Below are positions 24,217-37,600 of a stretch of 64,000 nucleotides of DNA, piece after piece. This DNA is from Octopus sinensis (lineage: Eukaryota), in assembly GCF_006345805.1 (NCBI RefSeq), contig NC_042999.1, positions 35,526,001 through 35,590,000 of the forward strand. The letters run 5' to 3'. A program made the translations under genes and the position numbers. The notes beneath the pieces are model-generated. The model made no database searches and was not told the DNA's origin. It was given only the letters and a program-made list of their open reading frames with translations. Each line of letters opens with the position of its first letter. Within the stretch, counting starts at the first letter, position 1.

Positions 24217-27200
24217 TGCATGCACTCACACACACAAGCATGTGAGCATGCACACACACACACAAGCATGTGAGCATGCACACACACACACAAAACATAC
24301 ACTTATTACACATTAATTGTTCCTCTTAATCTGCATTCATGGTCATTTTTCACATCCAAAATTAGTATCCCATGTGACTATATCAATGTTGGACAACATT
24401 CTCTTACATTAACTTATGGTTTCACTACTTCAGCTGTATTTTAAAACAGATTTATTTTCATTTTATCCACCAAATGTTACAATCCCTATCAGGAGCCTGC
24501 TCCTAGACTATGCTCATATCTACCAGGCTCCCCTCCAAGGTGCTCAATCAGGTCTTGACAAGCTGGCCAAGTCAAGGATGCATTGCCAGGGGAAATTTTA
24601 CCAGTTAATATAAACTGAATGGTTCCCATTCCCTTGAATATTATAGATATTTACATTTTATTGGATTAGATGTTATGCTGAATACTCTTCCTTCTGCCAT
24701 CAGTTCATACTAACCAAACATGTAGGATGATGAATGCCAGTATATATTAAATGAAAATAAGCTTAGCCACAAACTGTTACAAATAGTAGCCCATTGTCAA
24801 AATTATGTATTTTCTTTGTCTCTTTTGTCATACACTCTATCAAACACGGCTCCCTTACTCTACGGTAACACACCAATCAAGTTGTATACTAAACACATTT
24901 TATAGTCTTCTTGCATCAGAACAGTACAACTCAAAATTTTTATTTTATTCATGCTTTCACCTTACACTTACCAATTTGTAGTAAGCTAAACACTAGGTCA
25001 TATCCACTTACATCTAATATTAACCACTCTACAGAAACAAATAACAAATAGAAAGCAGGAAGTAGAATAATGGAGTTTAAAAGTACACAGAGCAAATATA
25101 AAAGTTTTAGCAGAAAAGAATTCAAAGCTCAACTGCTATCTGGAAGGTTGCCATTGCCATGTTCCAAAGTTCTATGGTGAATGTGAATGACCTAGTGGTT
25201 AGAGTGTTGCACTCACAATTGCAAAATCATGGCTTCAATTCGCTTTCCATGCTAGCATGGGTTGGATGATTTGACTGAGGTCTGGCAAACCAGATGGCTG
25301 CACAAGGCTGCACTCTGCCAGATCAGATTGGAACCTGGTGAAGCCATCTGGTTCGTCAGACCTCAGTCAAATCGTCCAACCCATGCTAGCATGGAAAGTG
25401 GATGTTAAACGATGATGATGATGATGAATTCCTGGACTGGGCAGTGCATTGTGTTCTTCAGTGAAATATGTCATGTTACATTGCTCCAGCCCCACTCAAT
25501 TGTAAATAATAATAATAATGAAATTATTGTATACAGTGCTCAGGTGCACCACAACTTATCAGAGTATATACAGTAATGTAGAAATGCCTGGAAAGCGAAC
25601 AATGCATGAGTCAGATACATGCTCGTGTGTGTATGGAGGGGAGAAAATCAGGTGTAGTGTTGGCGAATCTCAGAAAGCATGGAAGTTTTGAAGGATGCAG
25701 TGCTCCGAAAACTAACAACTGATGCCGGCAGTTTGAGTAGCCCTACAACAGACTAGCATCCCTGTCAGGAGAAATGTTATGATCTTGGTCATTTATATGC
25801 CATGGAAGCTAGGTAACTGGCCCTTTGAGCCCTAGTGCACAGTCAGGACTTCATGATAATGATGATAATTCTACATGGTGTACTCATTGTAAGCTATGGG
25901 TGCACAAGTGATGAAGGGAGACTCCAAGCAAGTTGACAGGAAAGAAAGAATTCATATGGAACAGATGCACAAGAATAGTTAGCAGTAAGAGAATCCATGA
26001 AATAAATTCTCTCAAATACCTGCGAGGTTGGCTTAGAAGTAGATGACAAGTTTTGGTTATTAAGGTGACCTAATTAGCAGAAGGTGAGTGTTCTGTAAAG
26101 ATTGTAGACAGAGGAAGAATGGTATGTAAAAAGCCCAAAAGCTAATTTCCCAGAGTGAAGTGTACAGATTGTGTGATGCTTGTGTATGGAGTGTGGTATT
26201 GCATAACACCAAACAAAGGCACTGAATGCAGAATGCATGTAAAATCTGGAAAGATATGAAACAAGTATGCTCCACTGGATGTGTAATATTATTGTGAGGA
26301 GATCCATTGAGTCAAGTACACCAACATCAAAGATCAATGGAAACTGCAGTTGTGATCCCTGTGCCGGTGGCGCGTAAAAAGCACCATCCGACCATGGCTG
26401 ATGCCAGTGCCGCCTAGACTGGCTTCCATGCCGGTGGCACGTAAAAAGCACCAATCCGATCGTGGCTGTTGCCAGCCTCGCCTGGCACGTAAAAAGCACC
26501 CACTACACTCACGGAGTGGTTGGCGTTAGGGAGAGCATCAAGCTGTAGAAACACTGCCAGATCAGACTGGAGCCTGGTGCAGCCTTCTGGCTTCCCAGAT
26601 TCCTGGTCGAACCGTCCAACCCATGCTAGCATGGAAAACGGACGTTAAACGATGACGATGATGATGAGTACAAATGAATTGAGAGAAAAACTGGGTACAA
26701 AAGGAATCAGTTGTGATGTGCAAGAGAGAAGACAACACTAGTACATGCATGTAATGAATGTGATGGAGTAAATAAGTGCCAAACTATCTAAAAGGAAGGA
26801 ACCTGTGGAAGAGGAAGACTAACAAAAACATGGGAAGAAATAGTGAACGCTAAATCCTACAAAGATGATAAGGGGGCCCAAAATGTAGTGGGATACTTTA
26901 GTGCAGAAAATACTTCTAATACATGTGAGCATAGAAAAATGAATGAAGATGAATGACAGCAGCAGTTTTGCAGTTCAATGTTAAATCATTATGTCTCAAA
27001 TGTTTGAAAAACAATCATATTTTGAAAGCTAGAAACTGTGGATTGATACCTGGTGGTATTTACTCTTTCACTTGTTTCAGTCATTTGACTGTGGCCATGC
27101 TGGAACACCGCCTTTAGTCGAGCAAATCGACCCCAGGACTTATTCTTTGTAAGCCTAGTACTTATCACATCGGTCTATTTTTGCCGAACCGCTAAGTTAT

Positions 27201-30200
27201 GGGGATGTAAACACACCAGCATCGGTTGTCAAGCGATGTTGGGGGGACAAACACAGACATACAAACACATACATATATATATATATACGATGGGCTTCTT
27301 TCAGTTTCCATCTACCAAATCCACTCACAAGGCTTTGGTCAGCCTGAGGCTATAGTAGAAGACACTTGCCCAAGGTGCCACACAGTGGGAGTGAACCTGG
27401 AACCATGTGGTTGGTAAGCAAGCTACTTACCACACAGCCAAACCTGTGCCTATTTGGCCAAGGGGACTAAATGTTATGGACTTATATTACTTTGCATACA
27501 GAAGTAATAAAATCTTACCTTTAAATTTGTATTGCAAAACCAGTAAAATTTACATTTATTAGGTTCTGTAGAGAGTGGTTCAACTAAGTAACCACCAGCA
27601 CCATTTTCACCTCTGAAATATAAAGAAGTTAATATTGTCAACACAGATAAACAAAAATAAGAGAGATGTTGTTTCTGAAATAATATGGTATTATTGTAAT
27701 GAATCTATAAAATATCAGTAATTACTATCACTGTCTTATCTCCCAACTCCTACTTTATACTAAACCAATTTTCACTAGGCTTTCTGTCTCAGAACTGCAT
27801 GATTTTGGAATTTCTGTTGTTCTCTTTCAACTATTGATCTCAGAATAGATTAACTTAAAATATTAATTATACAACCACTGTTAAGAACCTAGCATTGTAA
27901 CAAAAGTTTCTGAACCAGCACAGATAGACATGCCTTTTTCCCCGTCACCAATGTGAACTAGTCCATATTTAACCTGATTGAGCTAGTTCACATGCAATCA
28001 ATGAACATTTATCTGAAGATGTATTAAAGTGAAAGTAAAAATGATTTTTTTTAGTCTTTTCTCCATGGGATGTCATTCTTGCATAGTCTCGTGTCTATGT
28101 TTATTTTTACAAAACAAGTATTTTTCCAGTGTCTAAGCATTGTTCTCACTACTGTCTAGTGGAATTATTCAGCTACTTCCAACTATAGCTAAGATATTTG
28201 GAGGAATTATTTGTTTCTCTAGTTATTTATTTGGTTCTCTCTATCTAGTAACTGCAAGGTCGGAAAAGTAGTAATGAGGAAGAAATGAAAAAAAGAATCA
28301 TCTTATTTATGGTCTCAAAAATTTGTCTTATGAAGAAAGACTGAGGACGCTCGACCTTTATTCTCTAGAAAAACGCCGCCACCGTGGTGATCTCATTCTC
28401 GCTCACAACATCATAAGCGGAAAGTGTAACCTCTCGAAAGAGCTGTTCTTCACTCCTGTTCCAGAGCATCGGCTGCGGGGTCATTCCGAAAAGCTCTACC
28501 TGCGATGATTTCATCTCAATCGAAGGAGAGGAGCTTTCTCCGTCCGGGTTGCGGATCCGTGGAACAAGCTGCCAGACGAGATGGTGAAGATGCCGACAAC
28601 CGCTTTGTTCAAAGTCTCCCTTGACCTCAAGTGGCCTGAACTCTTTACATGAACACCACCCTGTACTTAATTCCATGTCCCCCTACATGGCCTTGCTATT
28701 TGCTTTTGAGCCAAATTAACTAACTAACTAACAAACTATTTATTCACTTTAATAATCAGATATTAACTTAAGGGCACAACTGCTAACTCAGCAGTTCTCA
28801 ACATTTTCACTACTATCATGGACTCACAAAGTTTTACTCATCCAATGCTCTTCTGCAGCTAAACAATAACCTGGTAAAAAATAAAATTAGTATTCTCTGC
28901 AAGTTTTTTGTTGCCTCAATAAACTTGACATATCTCAACGAAAAATAGTTTCAAACACAATGTTCCTCAACAAAATATATATTTGTATATAAAAATTGCT
29001 TTCTGCAGTTAAAGGTAAAGAAATTTTAAATGAATATATCTGATTTCTGCAGCAAAAAGGTTAACTTTTTAAGTCATTTGACTTATTCCCCTTGTAAATC
29101 TTTATATTTAGTAAATCTTTACATTTATATTTGGTAGATTGATTGACTGTCTTCCATCAAAATGTAGCAAGTAATCTTGATTTCATTCAAGAGAGCACAT
29201 TTACAGTTAGAGTAACTGTATTTTCTATTTCCAAAACTGATAATTCCTAAATTCATTGAGGATATTTTGATATTTGTTTCAAAATTGTTACCAGTCAAAA
29301 TTAAATAGTAATTTATTACACATTAGATAAAAGTATCAGAGATATGGTTTCATAGCACTAATAAACTAGAAAAAAAGATTTAATATGCTTTAGGATAATT
29401 TTAATTTGTTTTGTGACTATTTTAATTTGCTTGAAGATTATGTTGTTTTGTAATGTGGTTTGGAATCGTTTTAATTTGCTTCAAGATTATTTTAATTTGT
29501 TTCGGAATTATTTGAATCTTCATTAATTTGCACTTGTAAAAGTGTAAATAAAAAAAAAAACACGATTTTTTTGACAATCAAATTTTCTTTTTGACAACCA
29601 CTTTTGACGAAAAGTGACTACATACCTGACACATTTATCAACTGGAGGTATATTGGGAAATTTCACGCTCATTCCAGTTGAAAAATATAACCCCTTTCGT
29701 TTTCCCCATTTGCGTACTACCACAAAATCTCGACTTTTCACCAAACCCTTGGCACCAGGAGCAGCAACATAGTAGGATATATCACAGTTCTCACTTAGGG
29801 GCTTGATTAACTGCAACAAGATAGCCATCATTGGCACAGAGTTATTCAAACAGGAGTAACATTATGAGCATGGCATTTAGACAAGGTTATCAATATGAAC
29901 AGAGTATTAAAGAAACAGTATCAGAGTATTGATGAGATAGAAAAAGGCTATGAATGAGGGTGGAGCTGAGTATTAGTTTATATTAGAACAGAGTGTTTAG
30001 CTATGGGAAATTGCATAGAAAGGAACTTGTGCCACGTAAAATACACCCAGCACACTCTGTAAAGTGGATGGCACTAAGAAGGGCATGCAGCTGTAGAAAC
30101 CAAGCTAAACTAGACTGGAAACTGGTGCAGCTCCCCTGCATGTCAGCTCTGGTCAAACCGTCCAACTCATGCTAGAATGGACAACGGATGTTAAATGATG

Positions 30201-33200
30201 ACATGACATTAGAGATGAAGAGTGCCTAGGCAGGAATAATAAGCAAGGTAACTGTATTTAGACAGGGACTTGTGCCACGTAAAATACACCCAGCACACTC
30301 TGTAAAGTGTGAAAGCATGAAAGCATGAAAGGGCATTGTTTAGAGAAGATTATTACAAGTAACATGTAATTAAGATGTGAACATCATCACCAATAAAGTA
30401 TTAGATAAATGTATAGACAAGGGAAAACCTTATACTTGGATTATAACATCAAGTACAAGATCACTAAACACTATCAGTATCATAAAATGGCTATTTATAC
30501 AGGAGTAGCAATTTCAGTAATTATTTAGATAGAAATATCAACATTCATCATTATTGTTGTTTTAACATCCACTTTTCCATGCTTGCATGGGTTGGAGGGA
30601 GTTCACTGAGGCAGATTTTCTATGATCGGATGCCCTTCTTATTGTCCATCCTTACTTGTCCTCAAGCAAAGTAATATTTTCTCGTTGCCAGACATGTTTT
30701 TGCAGAATATTGGAAACAAATGACAAACTACCGATTACAGAAAAATGAACAAGAATTTGATTTTAGAAACAAAACATAAAAGAGAAACGTCCATATTACC
30801 TTACTATCTAATATTGTTGGATTCCATGTTGATAAATCTTCAGTTCTAAAAACCAGATCTTCCCATAATTCTTTTGCACTTATGTTTAATACAGCCTTCA
30901 CGAGAAACAAACAAATGTAATTGATAGATGAGATGGTTTTTACAAATTAATCATGGTGAGTAGTTTCTAAAGCAACTATACTTTCTACACTAACCTCTCA
31001 AGCTTTAAAGAAAGAATGCCACTTGTTCTTAGAATAACATATTTTTAATTATCAGTACAGTACAATGTCAATTGCTTACAATCAATAATCTAGCACCCTT
31101 AAATACACAATCCCTATACCTTTTAATGAATTATAAATAAGAAAATTTAATGGCCAAGAACATTTACAGAAGATATTACTAGTTAATTAGAGGAGACACT
31201 TCATATGTTCTCATTGAAGCTAGCTATAACTAGCCAGTATTGTTTAGCCAATACATTTTAATTTCCAAATGCTGGGCTTTAACCCTTTCGTTACCAACCC
31301 GGATGAAACCGGCCCTGGCTCTGAGTACAAATGTCTTGTTTTCATAAATTTTGAATTAAAATCTTCCACCAAACCCTAGTCACAATTTATGTTCCTAACA
31401 CTAGCTTAATGATAACTAAGTTATTTTACTAAATTCTTTGTTATATTTAAAGTAATTGAAAGATACACAGAGCTTCTCAAAATAAATACAGTAATGAAAG
31501 GGTTAACAAACAGTACTTTTCAACAACCATATCACTTTAGAATACAACTCAAAGATGGTATCAACCTTCTTTTCAAGGATTTCATTAACTATTTCGTAAT
31601 ATGCACTCTGTTGAAACACACTACTTCTCCACATTGAGAAGTCATAGTGCTGGTACTATGGATGTTGAATTAGATGGAATGTCGCAGGAAAGAATCACAA
31701 GATGGATCCTTCAAGCTGGGCCAACTGGCAGGAGACTTATGGGTAGACTAAGAATATCCATAATCTCAGTTGTTCACACTTGGGAATCCAACCAGAAAGT
31801 GTAATGATGGCTGCTTCTGATAGGACCCTATGGAGGAGTTGCCTGAAGACTCTACCCCTCCCAAGAATAGTGAGTGAAGAAGATGGGTGAATGGGTTATG
31901 AAATTCTGAAATTCATTCACAGAAAACTAGGTTAATAAGGTGATCACTTACTGGCTTAATGAGTTAAAGTTCATATTTTCTCATTAAAGCTAGCTATAAT
32001 TAAAAGGCTCCTAGCTAATAACAACAGGACAATGCATAATCTGGTAATTTGTAGTGCTGATCTCAAACTCCTACAAACCAAGAGGTTAAGTGGCCGATTG
32101 ACCTCTCTTAAAATCACACCCAACTATTATTAAAAAAGAAAAGAATAATTGGACAATATAACCCCTGATATACAAAAAGAGGTATTGATGATGGCTGGAA
32201 AGCCTTTGATCTACTTCTACTTAATCAGATGTGACCTGCATTCTACTGTAATTCTTATTTAGACCAGGTATGGACTACCTTTTTGTAGGAGCTGCCTTGT
32301 CAGATATTGCTCATCATACTTCAAACTACAAAAGTAATTTAAAAAACATCATCACCATAGATTACTCTTGGTCACATCATTTAAAGAATATCATATGTAG
32401 TAGAGAATATACTATATATTACCCTTGGTTACATCATTCAATAAAAACTGTGTGTTTATTAAATATAGTACACTATGTCACGCCAGTTAAATATAATTTG
32501 ACCAATATCATGTGTAGTACAGAATACACCATATTATTATTCTATGTAAATCATAAAAAAAGCAATAGAGTCACACCTAAATATTATATTACAAAATTTT
32601 AGTAAAATGTTATTATGTTTATATAATCATGACATTACATGTATCATAAAAAAAAAATCATAAAGGCCTGCATGAGGGCTGAGTGCCAGAGGTTGACCAA
32701 GACTGTTGCAGAGCTTGGTTAATAAGTTTTTATAGATATTTTAACCATAATAACTATACAGATAATGAATGCAAACTCAATGTTCTTATACATGTAAAAT
32801 GCTAAAGGAGCAGAAGAAATGTAGTTAGCAGTAAACAAGTTCAGTTGTCTTACAACAGTTTGAGAACCACAAAAAATTCTTACCTGCAGGAAAAATATCT
32901 TATTCCCCACATGGGATTTTTTACTTAATACACAGCCTTCTGTAGCATCTTTTCCGCACTGAAAGACCCAGTTACTTTCTGATTTGTATAAAGAATAAAC
33001 TTGTTCCCAAGACTCTTTCCCCAATTTTAAGTATGACAAATCCATCTGGAAAGAAAAAAAATATATTTTGATCATTTAACCCATAAGCATTCAGATTTGT
33101 CTGTCAGATATAATGCCTTATTTATTTGCATTATTTTGAATTAATTATGCATTATCTTGTAGCTTTGAGATTTTGATGGGGTAACTGTTAATTTTTAGAA

Positions 33201-34666
33201 TGACCTTGTATGATAAGTGTGAAAGGCTGAACATGGCCAGTTTGAACTTAAAATGGATAGAATATTTTGGTTGGATATAGCCAGTTTAAATACTGAAGGG
33301 TAAATACGAGGTTCTGAAATATACCAATATCTTTAAATTTAAGTTTAAAGAGATAGTCAACAGTTTCTTCTTCTTCAAGGTGGTTGCAATCAAGATGCAT
33401 TTCATCAAAAATTTCTGCCCCTGAATCAGCTTTGGTAGGTCCTCAGTTTCATGTTACATGGCTCAATACAGCTGAGTGGTTTTTGTCTTCAATTAGGTAG
33501 AAGCCTCTAAAATATAACATTCAATATCACCTGGTGTTCAGTTCATTAGCAGTGGCAGTGGTTTGCAAAACCTATAACAAGCTTCACAACATCTGACTGT
33601 CAGGTCAGCATGTATGTGCAGAGAGCATTCTTCTCTATGGAAGTCTACCATGAAGAAAGTCCTTCAAGGCTGCCTTGATGGTACACATCCTAGGATTTTT
33701 ATGAGGGCCCAAAACATCTTGTGGCATGAGCACAAGACCAAAGAGGAGTCAACAGCTTATTTGTTCTACAACTATATAATAATTCTATTACATAGGTGCA
33801 GGAGTGGTTCTGGGTTCATTCCCACTGTGTGGCACCTTGGGCAAGTGTCTTCTACTATAGCCTCAGGCCGACCAAAGCCTTGTGAGTAGATTTGGTAGAC
33901 GGAAACTGAAAGAAGCCTGCCGTATATATGTATATATATATGTATGTGTGTGTATGTGTGTCTGTGTTTGTCCCCCCAACATCGCTTGACAACTGATGCT
34001 GGTGTGTTTACGTCCCCGTAACATAGCGGTTTGGCAAAAGAGACCGATAGAATAAGTACTAGGCTTCTAAAGAATAAGTTCTGGGGTCGATTTGCTCGAC
34101 TAAAGGCAGTGCTCCAGCATGGCTGCAGTCAAATGACTGAAACAAGTAAAAGAGTAAAAGAGATTTGAAATGGATTATTTCTATTGGTTAATAATAGTGT
34201 TGCCATTATATGAAAGGAATTTATGTAATCAATTAAACATACTTCCCAAGGAACTACTTTGTCATATGCTTGTCATAGCCAAACTCTATTGCTTTCAATC
34301 CAACCTCTCCATTTACACGTATCACAAATATCTAGGACACAATAACACAGCAGAACACTCTTTACAGTACCAGGCCACCACAGACCTGCAATTACTTATA
34401 CATGACCTTGTACATAACATTTAGGCACAGGAGTGGCTGTGTGGATAGGTGCAGGGGTGGCTATGTGTCATAGGCGCAGGAGTGGCTGTGTGGCATAGGT
34501 GCAGGAGTGGCTGTGTGGTTAGTAGCTTGCTTACCAACCACATGGTTCCGGGTTCAGGCCCACTGCGTGACACCTTGTTCATGTGTCTTCTACTATAGCC
34601 TCGGGCTGACCAAAGCCTTGTGAGTGGATTTGGTAGACGGAAACTGAAAGAAGCCCGTCGTATATA

Positions 34667-34697
<31 letters not shown>

Positions 34698-37600
34698 CAT
34701 ATATATGTATGTGTGTGTATATGTTTGTGTGTATGTGTGTGTTTGTCCCCCCAACATCGCTTGACAACCGATGCTGGTGTGTTTACGTCCCCGTCACTGA
34801 GCGGTTCAGCAAAAGAGACTGATAGAATAAGTACTAGGCTTACAAAGAATAAGTTCTGGGGTCAATTTGCTCAACTAAAGGCAGTGCTCCAGCATGGCTG
34901 CAGTCAAAATGACTGAAACAAGTAAAAGAGTATATATATATATATTATATTAATTAGAGACAAAACCACTATTATGCAAATCAAACAAAGAAAGACTTAA
35001 GCCAATACATAAAAAATTTTATATAAATTAAATATAATTAAAATAACTACTACGATCGTTTCGTGTCAGCACTTCTATGAGACATTCTTCAGGTGGTTTC
35101 AAAACCGTCTTTGCAAGTTTTAAACTATGAACTTTTTTATGTATTGGCTTAAGTCTTTCTTTGTTTGATTTGCATAATAGTGGTTTTGTCTCGGATTTAT
35201 TCCCTAATATTTATTATTATATATATATATATACATTACTACCACACCATCCTCACATCATTACTTTCTCCAACGAGTTAAAGGCAAATCCTTTACATAG
35301 TTACTCCATTTGCTATAAATAGCAGCCAAATCACATTCTATCGTCTCAAATCACACTCTATTGTCTTAAAGAAAAAAAAAATAATAGAGTAATGCCTAGA
35401 TAGGCTATCTAAGTAAAAAGGATGGTCATGATTGGAATGTACTTGCTTATATGTCTGTTCCATCAGACTACTTATTTAGTATACAGTTTTAACCCTTTCG
35501 TTACCAAACCGCCCAAAGCCGCCCGAAAAAATTTTTGGTTAATATGACCAAATCGCCCAAACCCGCCCATATTTACCTATTCATATTTAAATGAGAATAT
35601 CAGAGCAAATCTCTTTAGTACATTTGTGAAAACACGTATTATATTTCGTAAACAGTTCAACTACAGTTTTGTACAACAATCAAAGTGTAATTTTAATTCC
35701 GTGAATTTTGGGAGATTTTTTTCTGAAATTTGTTCCTATTGTGTTTTCAAAATTTGTAATTCTGACAAAAAATGGATACGAATTTCATTATATCAAGCAG
35801 CGAGTCAGAATTCGAAGGATTTTCTACTGAAGACCTTCATAAATCTAACTCTATGACTGAAAAAAAAAAGCACGTGGTATTTGATAATGAATCTGATGTT
35901 TCATTTTCCGAAAGTGAAAACAGTGAATCCGAGAGCTCCGACAGCAATAAAGAAAATGAATTGGCACCTGAACGGAGTGAAAATTTAAAAACTGTTTCTT
36001 TCGGTGATTTTTCTGAAGAAACTGGACCAAGCCACAGACTTTCCCAGGAGAGTAAAGCCTTAGACTATTTCTTTTTACTTTTTCGAATGAGCCTATTTGA
36101 AATCATTACGGCAGAAACGAACCGTTTCGCTAAATGTAAACAAAGCGAAAGAAAGGATAGTTAGTGGTTTCCCACAACCTTAAATGAAATTAAGACTATT
36201 TTGCCATAAATATTATTATGGGTATCAGAAAGTTACCCAGAATAACAAATTCTATCGTAAAATTTTGTTGTATACCCAATTGAATATTAGCTAATAACCC
36301 ATTTTCTATAGCGATGTTTGAACAAAATTTTAATAATTTTATATTTTGTTGAATTTACCTGTATCTACCTGCAATTAGAGTCACTTTGTGACAAAAATTA
36401 TAGTATAGAATTGGTTGAGAACATTTCATTAAATTATCTTCCAAAAATCACATTAATATATTGATAAATAAAAAAGTTATAGTTGTTTAATGAAACCAGA
36501 CTAAGTCTATGATTATGTTAGAAATTAATTGAAATACATAAGGTCAGAAATATAGTAACGAAAGGGTTAATGAGTTACTAGCTGGCCAATCAATAGAATA
36601 AAATTAGTTAACTCATTTGTATCAGAGAATGTTTGTCACTTTATTACATATCATCTTTCTTTCTTCAACATTTTAATGAATAAATAATGTTTCTATTGGA
36701 TATAGTGGAAAACCACAGGAGCACCAACCAGTAACCTTGCTTGTTATCATTCCACGTGTTTCATATCAACCGAAAACATCTATGCTGTGTTATATAGACG
36801 AGGGCACACAGATCATTCTCTTAGACATACAAACCAAGGTACCCAGATATTTCTCTTTTTCTCTTTTACTTGTTTCAGTCATTTGACTGCGGCCATGCTG
36901 GAGCACCGCCTTTAGTCGGGCAAATCGACCCCGGGACTTATTCTTTGTAAGCCCAGTACTTATTCTATCAGTCTCTTTTGCCGAACCGCTAAGTGACGGG
37001 GACGTAAACACACCAGCATCGGTTGTCAAGCAATGCTATGGGGACAAACACAGACACACAAACATATACACATACATACATATATATATACATATATACG
37101 ACAGGCTTCTTTCAGTTTCCATCTACCAAATCCACTCACAAGGCTTTGGTCAGCCCGAGGCTATAGCAGAAGACACTTGCCCAAGGTGCCACGCAGTGGG
37201 ACTGAACCCGGTACCATGTGGTTGGTAAGCAAGCTACTTACCACACAGCCACTCCTGCGCCTTATAACTATATATGATAAGTTTCTTCAATAGTCTGCAC
37301 CAAATCAAGACAAGTTAACCCAAGAAAATATCAGACTTGAGATAGCCAAATATAAATTGTTTCCTGTTGGTTTTATGGGATTCTAAATCTCACCCATGAT
37401 GTTTGTCTTTTCAAGTTGCTGATAACTGAGTTTTCTCAATGATCAGTAGATGCCTTTCCAATGAAATCAGACAAATGCCAAAATTTCAATTAATAAATTG
37501 CTATCACTATACACTATATGGCACTCTGTCAGTTACGATGACGAGGGTTCCAGTTGATCTGATCAATGGAACAACCCACTTCTGAAATTAACATGCAAGT

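Noticed and set aside
27850-27960. Candidate STARD3 exon encoding [14 protein letters not shown]
   Set aside because: It runs into stops and lacks proper splice sites; the true GENG exon is at 27519-27612.
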